Shown here piece after piece: positions 1 through 9,621 of a stretch of 64,000 bases of DNA. Below the pieces are notes generated by a model that saw only the letters and a program-made list of their open reading frames with translations, ran no database searches and had not been told where the DNA came from. A program made the position numbers and the translations under genes. The number at the start of each line of letters is the position of its first letter. Position 1 is the stretch's first letter. Origin of the DNA: an uncultured Acidobacteriota bacterium (GTDB lineage: Bacteria; Acidobacteriota; JAQAZP01); assembly GCA_963836075.1 (NCBI GenBank), contig CAWIIB010000009.1, positions 2,784,001 through 2,848,000 of the forward strand. Direction: 5' to 3'.

Positions 1-1470
1 CCGCTCCAGCACCGGAGTGCAGCCGTACTGCCGGCGGAGGATCAGGCGCATCAGGCAGACCGAGGTGGAGGTCTCCTCGGTGACCGCCACGCGGCGGCCG
101 TCCAGGTGCCGCGGCTCCCGGGCCGAGAGCAGGAAGACCGACCGCGCCCGGTTGCGCACCGCGATGCCGAAGTCCAGCGGCTGGAACAGTTCCTCGAGGC
201 CGGTGAGGTCCATCAGCGAGAGCAGGCCGGCGTCCACCGTCCCCTCCCGGGCCAGCCGGCCCATGCGGCGCGGGGCCATGGGGATCACGCGGAAGGAGTC
301 CAGCTGCAGGTTCCAGTGGAACGGCTCCGAATTGAGGTAGGGGATCATCCCCAGCACCGGCTCGCTGGTCCGCACGTCCAGCACCCGGTGCCGACCGTCC
401 CGTTCCACCGGCGTCCACCCGGCGGCGCTGATCAGCCTGGAGATCCGCCGCGGGGAGAGGGAGGTGGGGGTGGCCGCCTCGGCCGCGTGGGCGATCTTCT
501 CGCCGCCCAGGGTCCCCTCCATGTCGTTGGCCCCGAAGTGCTGGGCCGCCGCGGCGATGGTCTCCCCGGTCATCACCCAGTAGGCCTTGATGTGGGGAAT
601 GTTGTCCAGGATCAGCCGCGAGGCGGCAATGGTCCGCAGGTCGTCGGTGGGCGGTGTGCGCCGCTCCCTGATCTCCGATCCCCCGGGCTGAAAGGGCAGG
701 GGGATGAACGAGCGGAACCCCCGGGTCTCGTCCTGCAGCGTGCGCAGCCGGATCAGGTGCTCCACCCGCTCCTCGGCGGTTTCCAGGTGGCCGTACAGCA
801 TGGTGGCGTTGCTGGGGATGCCCAGCTCGTGGGCCGCCCGGTGGACGGCGAGCCACCGTTCAGCGTCGGGCTTGTCCGGGCAGAGCAGGTTCCGCACCCG
901 GGGGGAGAAGATTTCCGCGCCGCCCCCGGGGAGCATGTCCAGGCCGGCCTCCCGCAGCCGGCGCAGCACCTCGGTCTGGCCCATGCCGAACCGCTGGGCA
1001 AAGTGGACGATTTCCACCGCGGTCCAGGCCTTGATGGTGGCCGCGGGCAGCCGCTCCCGGATCAGGGCCACCACCTCCAGGTAGTAGTCCCAGTCACGGT
1101 CCGGGTGCAGCCCGCCCACCACGTGGACCTCGTTCACCTCCCGGGGAAGCATGGCCGCGATCTCTTCCGGTTCGAGGTCGTAGGCCTCCGGGTCGTCGGC
1201 GTCCACCGAGAAACGGCAGAAGCTGCAGCGCAGACAGCAGACGTTGGAGGGATTGACCACCTGGTTGCGCACGAAGGTCACCGCGTCGCCGTGCAGACGC
1301 CGGCGCACCGTCCGGGCCATCCAGCCCAGACCGGGAAGGTCGTTGGTGCGGAAGAGGGCCAGCCCCTCGGCGGCGTTGAGCCGGCCGCCGCGGTCCAGCC
1401 TGGACCAGATGTCGGCCAGGGCGGGGTCGTGGAACGGAATGGGCCCTTGCGGGCTGCCGGTGCCGCTCAT
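1..1470 (-). CDS. mqnE: Fusion of aminofutalosine synthase MqnE (radical SAM) and chorismate dehydratase MqnA; runs off the left edge
   Basis: Hand translation from ATG 1470: NPSNVCCLRCSFCRF (CxxxCxxC), IKAWTAVEI, MLPGGGAEIF, NATMLYGH, HIKAYWVM. It continues in the same frame into MqnA-like LGMIPYLNSEPF...DAGLLSL...SVFLLS...VAVTEETSTSV. Absent from the ORF track, probably because it has no stop inside the window. Confidence 0.85.
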   Translation of the reverse strand, partial: MSGTGSPQGPIPFHDPALADIWSRLDRGGRLNAAEGLALFRTNDLPGLGWMARTVRRRLHGDAVTFVRNQVVNPSNVCCLRCSFCRFSVDADDPEAYDLEPEEIAAMLPREVNEVHVVGGLHPDRDWDYYLEVVALIRERLPAATIKAWTAVEIVHFAQRFGMGQTEVLRRLREAGLDMLPGGGAEIFSPRVRNLLCPDKPDAERWLAVHRAAHELGIPSNATMLYGHLETAEERVEHLIRLRTLQDETRGFRSFIPLPFQPGGSEIRERRTPPTDDLRTIAASRLILDNIPHIKAYWVMTGETIAAAAQHFGANDMEGTLGGEKIAHAAEAATPTSLSPRRISRLISAAGWTPVERDGRHRVLDVRTSEPVLGMIPYLNSEPFHWNLQLDSFRVIPMAPRRMGRLAREGTVDAGLLSLMDLTGLEELFQPLDFGIAVRNRARSVFLLSAREPRHLDGRRVAVTEETSTSVCLMRLILRRQYGCTPVLER

Positions 1471-3349
1471 CCCTTGACGTTCTCCCAGTAGCGGTTCCAG
1501 TTGCGGTCCACGGTGCGCACCACGTCCGGGTGCATCTCCAGTGCCGGCGGGTAGCCCGGTTTCCAGGTGGAGTCGATTCCCATGGGCCCGGTGTAGCGGG
1601 GCGCGATCCCCTGCCACTCCCGCCCGGCGAAGAGCAGGTCGCGGGCGCCGTCAAAGCGGGTGAAGATGCCCCAGAGCAGCGTCTTCAAGGTTCCTGATGT
1701 TCACGTCGTCGCTCACCGCGGCGATCAGCGGAACTCCGGAGAGGGCCGGGTGCTCCAGCAGCCGGGCCAGCACTTCCCGGCCGTTCCCGCTGACGGTGAC
1801 CGCCAGCAGGGCGTCCTCCCAGAGGGCGGCGTCGGCCACGCCGGGCACGGTCCCCGCCAGCTGCTCCACCGTGCCGGGTGGCGGCGGCGTCCGCTGCGGG
1901 CGGGGTTCGTCCGGCCGCGGGGTGGCATCGATCACCACCTTGCTGCCGAGGTTCATCTTCGGCCCGGTGAAGTCGAGGGTGTCCAGCGGGACGCCGGGCA
2001 GCAGGATGAAATCAGCGGCCGGGTCGAAGTTGTCCCGCACCTGGCGCAGCACCGCCGGAAAATCCCGCGGGTCCACGTCACCGGGGACCAGGATCACCAC
2101 CTTGGTCAGCGACAGCTGCCCCTCGCCCATCAGCGACAGGGCGGTCTTCACCGCCTCCCGGCCGTAGCGCTCGGCCACCGAGACCACCAGCAGGTTGTGG
2201 AACCCGGCCTCGTAGTAGGCCCAGACCGAGCGGATCTCGGGGTGGATCAGTTTGAGCAGCGGGGAGAGCACCAGCTGCAGGGCGTCACCGAGGCAGCGGT
2301 CCTCCTTGGGCGGCTTGCCCACCACCGAGGCATGGAATACCGGCCGGCGGCGGGTGGTGATGCAGTTGACCCGGAAGACGGGGAAAGGCGCCTCCTTGGA
2401 GTAGTGGCCGAAATGGTCGCCGAAGGGCCCTTCCAGTCGGCGCTCCCCGGCCGGCACCACACCCTCGATGACGAACTCGGCCCCGGCCGGGACCAGCATG
2501 TCGAGGGTCCGGGCCCGGGTCATCCTGGTGGCCGACCCGCGCAGAAAACCGGCAAAGAAGAGCTCGTCGATCCCTTCGGGAAGCGGAGCGGCGGCGGCCA
2601 GGCAGAGTGCCGGGTCGCCGCCCACCACCACCGCCACCTCCAGGTCGCGGCCCAGTTTTTCGGCCTGGTGGCAGTGGAAGCCGCCACCCTTCTGGATCTG
2701 CCAGTGCATGCCGGTCTCGGTGGGGGAGTGGACCTGCATGCGGTAGAGGCCGGTGTTACGCCGGCCGGTGAGCGGGTCGCGGGTCATCACCAGCGGGAAG
2801 GTGAAGAAACGGCCGGCAAAGTTTCCGGCGGCGGCCGGGTTGAAGGCCGGCCAGCGTCTCGCGGTCCGGCAGTCCGCCGCTCATGTCCTGGTGCAGGAAG
2901 TCGGGCAGTCCGTCCCCCGGCCAGCAGCGCAGGATCGGCAGGCGGGTCAGATCGGGCGGGTCGTGCAGTTCCTGCTGCGCGGCCCCCCGGCGGCGGCGGG
3001 CCACCCGGGCGGCGGCGAACCGGCCCCAGAGCGGACGGCTGCGGCCGAGGGCGGAGAGGGAGGGCGGGTTCAGGCGCTCCACCGTCTCCAGCAGTTGCTG
3101 CCCCAGTTGCTCCGGATCGGCGCCGATGGCCAGTTCCACCCGGCGGGGGGTGCCGAAGACGTTCACTGCCAGCGGGTAGTCGGAGCCCTTGACCCGTTCA
3201 AAGAGCAGTGCCGGCCGCTCCTCGCGCATGGCCCGTTCGGCGATCTCGGTGATCTCGAACTCCGGGTCCACCTCGCGGGTGACCCGGGCCAGCTCCCGGT
3301 GCTCTTCGAGGTGGGTCAGGAACTGGCCCAGGGAGGTGAACCCGCTCAC
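1467..3349 (-). CDS. ubiD: UbiD-family decarboxylase (futalosine pathway, MqnL-like), interrupted by two +1 frameshifts (~2845 and ~1685)
   Basis: Three consecutive ORF pieces (2756-3349, 1651-2790, 1467-1688) join into one UbiD: EVDPEFEITEI, LPILRCWPGDG, RNTGLYRMQV, EGPFGDHFGHY, LDTLDFT, LWGIFTRFD, GIDSTWK. Confidence 0.85.
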
Positions 3350-3900
3350 GGCAACTCCTCGCTCTTCCAGCCCGGACCGGCGTCTTCGGGGCAGCCGATG
3401 ACCCGGAAGACCTTGTCCACGAAGGCTCGCACCAGGTCGCCGGCACTTTCCGGCGATCCGTAGAAGGGGGGCGAGACAGGCATGATCACCACTCCCAGGC
3501 GGCTCAGTTTGAGGCAGCTCTCCAGCGAGATGGCCGACAGGGGTGTTTCGCGGAGGCAGAGCACCAGCCGCCGTTGTTCCTTCAGCGCCACTGCAGCGGT
3601 GCGGGTGATCAGCGTGTCGGCCACCCCGGCGGCGATTTTGCCCAGGGTGGAGATGGTGCAGGGCAGGATCACCATCACGTCAAAGACGTTGGAGCCGGAG
3701 GCCGGCGGCGAGTCGATACGGTCGTCAAAGAAACAGGCTGCGCTCAGTGCGCGCACCTCCTCGACCCCACCGGCCTCCTCGGCCAGCAGCTTTTCTCCCC
3801 AGCTGCTGACCAGACTGCAGACATCGGCCGACGAGCGGCGCAGAAAGTCGACGGCGTAGGGCGCGCCCGAGGCGCCGGTGATCCCGAGAACGATCTTCAT
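3346..3900 (-). CDS. ubiX: Flavin prenyltransferase UbiX
   Basis: LGITGASGAPY, PASGS, PCTISTLGKIAAG, LKEQRRLVL, RETPL; adjacent to ubiD. Confidence 0.93.
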   Translation of the reverse strand: MKIVLGITGASGAPYAVDFLRRSSADVCSLVSSWGEKLLAEEAGGVEEVRALSAACFFDDRIDSPPASGSNVFDVMVILPCTISTLGKIAAGVADTLITRTAAVALKEQRRLVLCLRETPLSAISLESCLKLSRLGVVIMPVSPPFYGSPESAGDLVRAFVDKVFRVIGCPEDAGPGWKSEELP

Positions 3901-4745
3901 TTGAAAACGACCCCCGCCAGCACCAGCGCCAGGACCACGAAGCCGAGGACGGCGTTGATGCGAAAAAAAGCCACGGCAATGTTGCCGGCCATCCGGTGCT
4001 CGAAGTAGAGCAGCAGGCCGGCCAGAATCAGAAAGGGGAGCGCGGCCAGGCTGTTCAGTTCCGTCCAGGTCAGGGCGGCCAGGCAGCCGAAGGCGGCGAC
4101 GTGCAGCAGGCCGGACACCTGGATGGCCCGCCGGTCTCCCAGCGCCGCCGGTATGGAGTGCAGCCCTTCACGGCGGTCGGACGCCGTATCCTGGGTGGCA
4201 TAGATGATATCGAATCCGGCGACCCAGAAAAAGGTGAAAAGGAAAAGCAGCAGGATCGGCTGCATATCCCGGAAGACCAGGGTCACCGCGAACCAGCCGG
4301 CCGCCGGACCGAGGGCCAGGGCCAGCCCCACCCCGAAGTGGGCCAGGGCCGTGAAGCGCTTCATGCAGGGGTAGATGACAAAGACGACCAGCGGGGCAGG
4401 TGAAAGCGCGAGGCAGAGCGGTGCGATGGCCCAGGCCGCGGCCAGGTAGACCACGGCACCCGCGGCAAAGACGCCCCACGCCTGGGCCGTGGTCAGCGCG
4501 CCGCTGGGCAGTTCGCGGTCCCTGGTGCGCGGGTTGCGGGCGTCGATCCTGCGGTCGATGATCCGGTTCAGGGCAAAGGCCGCGGTCCGGGCGCCGGTGG
4601 CCGCCGCCAGGATCAGCAGCAGCACACTCATGGAGGGCAAGCGCTGGAGACTGCCCAGTGCCACGCCGCTGTAGATCAGCGGCAGGGAGAAGAGGGTGTG
4701 CTCGATCTTGACGAAATTCAGATAGGACCGCACCGCTGCCTCCAT
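3897..4745 (-). CDS. mqnP: UbiA-family prenyltransferase (MqnP-like)
   Basis: KIEHTLFSLP, NRIIDRRIDARNPRT, GFDIIYATQD; multiple TM segments; futalosine gene context. Start could be up to 4784. Confidence 0.88.
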   Translation of the reverse strand: MEAAVRSYLNFVKIEHTLFSLPLIYSGVALGSLQRLPSMSVLLLILAAATGARTAAFALNRIIDRRIDARNPRTRDRELPSGALTTAQAWGVFAAGAVVYLAAAWAIAPLCLALSPAPLVVFVIYPCMKRFTALAHFGVGLALALGPAAGWFAVTLVFRDMQPILLLFLFTFFWVAGFDIIYATQDTASDRREGLHSIPAALGDRRAIQVSGLLHVAAFGCLAALTWTELNSLAALPFLILAGLLLYFEHRMAGNIAVAFFRINAVLGFVVLALVLAGVVFK

Positions 4746-4947
4746 TTCCGTTGCGTGTCGCCCCCGGGGAAAGGCGGATATCATAGCAAAAAGGCGCGGC
4801 GGGAAAAATGCGCCGGGCAGGGTTAGCCCTCGGCCGCTATCGTGCTGAAGTCGCCGCCGGATCGAAACCGGTCGGCCGTCGCGTAATTGTGACCACCATT
4901 TCGGAGTGCTATGCTTTGTCCCGGCGCAACCGGAGAGGACGTTTCGC

Positions 4948-5751
4948 GTGAACCAGCAGAATCATGATCATCGTCAACCCGACCATCTGGCGTCGGGCCG
5001 CCGGGACGAGGTGGCCGGGATGTTCGGCCGGATCGCCGGGCGCTACGATCTGGCCAACACCCTGCTCAGTGCGGGGCAGGACGCCGGGTGGCGGCGCATG
5101 GCTTCCCGGGCCCTGGTGGGTTCGCTGGCCGACAGCGGTCGCTTCGATATCCTGGTTCTCGATTTCTGCTGCGGCACCGGGGCCCAGTCCCTGAGCCTGG
5201 TGTCCGAGGGCTTCCGCCGCGGGGCCCGGGTGCGGGTGGTGGCCTCCGACCTTGCCCGGCCCATGGTGTCCCTGCTGGCCCGGCGCAAGAAAGACGGGCA
5301 GGGCCGGTGGGGCCGGCTGGGCGGGGCGGTGCAGCCGGTGCTGGCCGACGCCGAGCAGCCGCCGCTGCTTCCGGGAAGCGCCGACGGGGCGGTGGTCTCC
5401 TTCGGCATCCGCAACGTGGACGACTACCGCACCTGCCTGCGCAACGTGGCCCGGGTCCTGCGCCCGGGAGGTCTGTTGGCCATCCTGGAGTTCTCCATGC
5501 CCGCCGGACAGCCGCTGCGCGGGCTCTACCGGTTCTATTTTCGCAACATCCTGCCGCTGCTGGGCCGCCTCTTCTTCGACGCCGGCGGAGCATACGCCTA
5601 CCTCCCCGACTCGGTGGACCGTTTTCCATCGGGTCCGGGGTTCGAGAGCGAGCTGCGTGCCGCCGGCTACGGCCCGGTGAGTTTCCGGCCGCTCTTCGGC
5701 GGCATCGTCACCCTCTACCTGGCCCGCGCCGGACTTGACCGGGAGAACTGA
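4948..5751 (+). CDS. menG: Demethylmenaquinone methyltransferase UbiE/MenG
   Basis: MFGRIAGRYDLAN, LDFCCGTG, SFGIRNV, ILEFS, AYAYLPDSV; GGAGAGG RBS before GTG 4948. Confidence 0.88.
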   Translation: MNQQNHDHRQPDHLASGRRDEVAGMFGRIAGRYDLANTLLSAGQDAGWRRMASRALVGSLADSGRFDILVLDFCCGTGAQSLSLVSEGFRRGARVRVVASDLARPMVSLLARRKKDGQGRWGRLGGAVQPVLADAEQPPLLPGSADGAVVSFGIRNVDDYRTCLRNVARVLRPGGLLAILEFSMPAGQPLRGLYRFYFRNILPLLGRLFFDAGGAYAYLPDSVDRFPSGPGFESELRAAGYGPVSFRPLFGGIVTLYLARAGLDREN

Positions 5752-6948
5752 ATGGGACTGCGCATCTCTCCGCACCTGCTGGCCACCGACCTGCCGGCGC
5801 TCACCGGGCTGATGGCCCGGGCCCGCCAGCTGGCCGCCGAAGGTGAGCTGATCAACCTGGCCCAGGCGGTGGTGGATTTCCCCCCGCCGGAGGAGTTCAT
5901 CGAGGAGGTGCGGCAGGCCGCCGGTGACCCGGCGGTGCACCGCTACACCCCCGACCCGGGGCTGCCGGCCCTGCGCGAGATGCTGGCCCGTTACACCGAT
6001 GAACGGTTCGGACTGCCTGTCGACCCCCGGGACGGCCTGCTGGTCACTCCGGGTGCCAACCAGGCCTGCTTCAGCGCCCTGGCTGCCCTGCTTGAGCCGG
6101 GGGACGAGGTGGTCATTCCCACGCCCTGGTATTTCAACCACGCCATGACCGTGCAGATGTTCGGCGGTGTGGTGAAGCCGGTGCCCACCGCGCCGGAGAA
6201 CGGCCACCTGCCCGATCTTCAACAGGTGGCCCGAGCCCTGTCGGAGCGCACCAAGGCGCTGGTGCTGGTCAACCCCAACAACCCCACCGGAAGCCGCTAC
6301 CCCGACCACTGGATCGGTGAGCTGGCCGGTCTGCTGGCCGGCCGCCGCATCTGGGTGGTGGCCGACCAGACCTACCAGGAGATGGTTTACGAGGGCCGGC
6401 CCCCGCTCTCCATCGGGTCGCTTCCCGGCATGGACGGGTGGACCGCCACCGCCGGAAGTTTTTCCAAATCCCTCTCCCTGGCCGGGTGGCGTATCGGCTT
6501 TCTGGCCGGTCCGCCGGCCCTGCTGGAACAGGTGCTGAAGATTCACGACAGCTCGGTGATCAGCGCCGCCCACGTGACCCAGCGGGGCCTGATGGCGGCG
6601 CTGCCGGTGATCGACCGCCACCTGGCCCGGGTGATGCCGCGGCTCCTCGGCCGGCGGGACACCCTGCTGGCATCGTTGGCCAATTTCCCGGCGCTGCGCG
6701 TGTCCCGGCCCGGCGGGTCGCCTTTCGTGCTGCTGCACCTGCCGCCGGGGACGGACGACCGGGACTTCTCTTCGCGGCTGCTGGAGGATCACCGGGTGGC
6801 CGCGGTTCCGGCCGGCGGCATGGGCCCGGGGGGCCGGGGGGCCCTGCGGCTCTCCTTTGCGGCCACCGGCCGGGCCGAACTGGCCGAGGCCGGACACCGG
6901 ATCGGCCGCCTGGCCGCCGCCCTGGCGGAACACGGAGGGCCCCCCTGA
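5752..6948 (+). CDS. PLP-dependent aminotransferase, class I/II
   Basis: GLPALRE, TPGANQA, NPNNPTG, DQTY, SFSKSLSLAGWRIG (PLP lysine). Confidence 0.9.
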   Translation: MGLRISPHLLATDLPALTGLMARARQLAAEGELINLAQAVVDFPPPEEFIEEVRQAAGDPAVHRYTPDPGLPALREMLARYTDERFGLPVDPRDGLLVTPGANQACFSALAALLEPGDEVVIPTPWYFNHAMTVQMFGGVVKPVPTAPENGHLPDLQQVARALSERTKALVLVNPNNPTGSRYPDHWIGELAGLLAGRRIWVVADQTYQEMVYEGRPPLSIGSLPGMDGWTATAGSFSKSLSLAGWRIGFLAGPPALLEQVLKIHDSSVISAAHVTQRGLMAALPVIDRHLARVMPRLLGRRDTLLASLANFPALRVSRPGGSPFVLLHLPPGTDDRDFSSRLLEDHRVAAVPAGGMGPGGRGALRLSFAATGRAELAEAGHRIGRLAAALAEHGGPP

Positions 6949-8732
6949 TGAACGGTGTCCCGCAGCGGCGCCCCAACTCTCTGCTCACCGCGTCCCTCCT
7001 CGCCCTGCTGATACTTTTGTCGCTGTTCCTCCGTCTCGGCCTGGTCCACCTGCCCTCCCTCGATTTCCGCCCCGCTCCCGATGCCGCCGAGTATGCCGCC
7101 GCCGGCCTCTCGCTGGCCGAGGGGCGCGGGCTCACCCTGACCATGGGCGGCGGGGTCTACCCCTCCCGCTACCCCGGCGGCTACCCCATGCTGCTGGCCC
7201 TGTTCCACCTCCTGGGCCTGCCGGTGGAGCGGTTCTTTCTCGGCAGCATCCTCCTCGGGCTGGCGGCGATCCCGCTGGTCTACCTGCTGGCCCGCCGGGT
7301 GGGCAGCGGGCGCGACGCGGCCCTGATCGCCGCGGCGGTGACCGCCTTCTCGCCGGTGCTGCTCTTCTGCTCCATCCGGGTGCTCACCGAAAACGTCTCG
7401 CTGATCGCCATCCTCGCCGCCTTCCTCCTGTCCCTCCCTCGCGGTTCCGTGTCCCGCCGCCGGGCCGCGTTCTTCACCCTGCTGGCCGGTGCGGCCGCGG
7501 GATACGCGGTGATCGTCCGGCTGGCCAGTGTGGTGTCGGTGCCGGTGATTCTTGCCATGGTGCTCTGGATGGCCTGGCGCGCGGGACAGCGGTCGGGGCG
7601 GCTGGCCGGGACCGGGCTGCTCTTCGGTCTGGGCGTGTTCAGCGGCCTGCTGCCGCAACTGCTGTCCAACCGGATCAATTTCGGAAACCCACTGGCCACC
7701 GGGTACGGCTACTGGAATCAGGCGTACCAGGACCCGCTGCAGATGTTCGAAGCGGCGCACGTGGTTCACCCCTGGAACCCGCTCTACGGCAATCTCTGGT
7801 ACTACCTCCAGCACCTGGCCGCCATGACCTTCGAGGCCAACTTCCTCCGGCTCTACTCCCTGGCCGCGGTGATCCTGGCCGCGGTGGGCCTCTTTGCGCT
7901 GCTGCGCCACGGCCGCCGGCGGTCGGTGCACCTCTTCGGGCTGCTGCACTGCCTGGCCACCCTGACCCTGCTGCTCTTCTACTTCGGCCAGTCCACCAGG
8001 CTGCTGGCCGCGGTGGTCCCCTGGGTCGCCATCTGGGCCGGCCAGGGGTTTGCCGCCCTGTGGCACCGGCCCCCCACGGCGCCGCACCGGCGCAGCTGCC
8101 GTGCGGCCGGTCTGCTGCTGGCCCTGGCCGCCGTGGCCCCCCTGCTGCTCTGGAGCGTCTCCCGCACCGCGCCCTTTGCCGGGGACCGGCCGCCGGTGCG
8201 CACCGCCGCTTCCATCACCCTGGAGCGCACCCCGCCCGGCTCGCTGATCCTGAGCAACCTCTCGCCGGTCTACACCGGCATGCTCATCGACTACCGGGGG
8301 GGCCGCGAACTGGTGCAGCTCTCCCGGGATGACGGGGCCTACGTCGGCTACCTGCTCAACGCCACCTATGACGGGGTGGGGCCGCCGCTGCCCCAGGCCC
8401 GTTTCATGCCGCCCCTGCCGGGGCGCGAGCCGTTCCAGCCCCTGGTACTCGGGGCGGACGAACTGGACCCCTGGCGGCTGAAGCAGGTGGCCCGCGCCCT
8501 GGCCGGCCGCCGTCCGGTGTATGTGCTGCTGAACAGTGAGGACCCGCCGTACAGTGACGGCTGGCTGGCGGTGCAGCGGTTCCTGGTGCTGCGGGAGACG
8601 GAGCGGGTCCAGGGCTTCCAGCTGCTGCGGGTGGAGGGCCTCCGGGAGGATGCCGGCCGGTCCCTGGGCCGCACTCCCCTGGATGTCAGGACGGGGCGCA
8701 AGGACCGGGCGTCCGGGAAAGGGAAGGTTTGA
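6948..8732 (+). CDS. GT-C (ArnT/PMT-like) membrane glycosyltransferase
   Basis: ATG overlaps the upstream TGA; N-terminal TM then PDAAEY, YPGGYPMLLA, LTENVS; many TM helices. Confidence 0.65.
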   Translation: MNGVPQRRPNSLLTASLLALLILLSLFLRLGLVHLPSLDFRPAPDAAEYAAAGLSLAEGRGLTLTMGGGVYPSRYPGGYPMLLALFHLLGLPVERFFLGSILLGLAAIPLVYLLARRVGSGRDAALIAAAVTAFSPVLLFCSIRVLTENVSLIAILAAFLLSLPRGSVSRRRAAFFTLLAGAAAGYAVIVRLASVVSVPVILAMVLWMAWRAGQRSGRLAGTGLLFGLGVFSGLLPQLLSNRINFGNPLATGYGYWNQAYQDPLQMFEAAHVVHPWNPLYGNLWYYLQHLAAMTFEANFLRLYSLAAVILAAVGLFALLRHGRRRSVHLFGLLHCLATLTLLLFYFGQSTRLLAAVVPWVAIWAGQGFAALWHRPPTAPHRRSCRAAGLLLALAAVAPLLLWSVSRTAPFAGDRPPVRTAASITLERTPPGSLILSNLSPVYTGMLIDYRGGRELVQLSRDDGAYVGYLLNATYDGVGPPLPQARFMPPLPGREPFQPLVLGADELDPWRLKQVARALAGRRPVYVLLNSEDPPYSDGWLAVQRFLVLRETERVQGFQLLRVEGLREDAGRSLGRTPLDVRTGRKDRASGKGKV

Positions 8733-9538
8733 TGGAGAACCACCGGCTGGCGCATTCCGCGGTCCCGCTGCCGCCGTTCCAGGGCTCGAGGGTGGTGGAG
8801 CCGGACCTTGACCTGCTGCTTCCCTGGCTCAACCGCCCGGCGCTCTTTCGCGGCCGCTGGGGCTACCCGGTGCGGGAGCCGGCGGGCGGCGCCGCGCCGG
8901 TGACCGCCGCCCGACCGGCCGAAGCGGTGCTGGCCGGAATCCTGGACCGCTGCCGCCGGGAGCGTCTGGTGCAGCCGCGGGTGGTCTATGGCTACTTCCC
9001 CTGTGCCGCGGAGGGGGATGACCTGCTGGTCCAGGCGCCGGGCGGAGCGGAGCGCTTCCGCTTCCGCCGCCAGCCCGCCGCACCGCACCGCTGTCTGGCC
9101 GATTTCTTCCGCCCGGCCGCTGACGGCGGCGACCTGCTGCCGCTGCAGCTGGTCAGCGCCGGGCCCGGCGTGGCCCGGGCGCTGGAACGGGCCGGCCGGG
9201 AGGACCGCTACCTGGAGATGCTGCAGCTGCACGGCTTCGCCTCCGCCCTGGCCGAGGCGCTGGCCGAATGGCTGCACCACCGGATCCGCGGCGAACTGGG
9301 CCTGGCCGGTGACGAGACCGGCGACCCGGCCGACGCGTTTCGCCACCGCTACCGTGGGCGGCGCTTCAGCTTCGGCTACCCGGCCTGCCCCAATCTCGAG
9401 GACCAGGCGCTGCTCTTCCGGCTGCTGCAGCCGGAACGGATCGGAGTGACCCTGAGCAGCCGTTTCCAGATGGTGCCCGAACACAGCACCTCGGCCCTGG
9501 TGGTCCTTCACCCGGAGGCCCGCCATTTTGCGGTCTGA
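8732..9538 (+). CDS. Stand-alone B12 methionine synthase activation (SAM-binding) domain protein
   Basis: VYGYFPC, CLADFF, AEALAEWLH, RFSFGYPACPNL, MVPEHSTSA, HPEARHF: the C-terminal domain of MetH only. Confidence 0.85.
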   Translation: MENHRLAHSAVPLPPFQGSRVVEPDLDLLLPWLNRPALFRGRWGYPVREPAGGAAPVTAARPAEAVLAGILDRCRRERLVQPRVVYGYFPCAAEGDDLLVQAPGGAERFRFRRQPAAPHRCLADFFRPAADGGDLLPLQLVSAGPGVARALERAGREDRYLEMLQLHGFASALAEALAEWLHHRIRGELGLAGDETGDPADAFRHRYRGRRFSFGYPACPNLEDQALLFRLLQPERIGVTLSSRFQMVPEHSTSALVVLHPEARHFAV

Positions 9539-9621
9539 GCAGCATCCTCTATAATCTCCGGAGTCACTTTCAGGCCATTGGCTGGCTTCCTGATACATAC
9601 CGCAATGGGGGAGAACACTGG

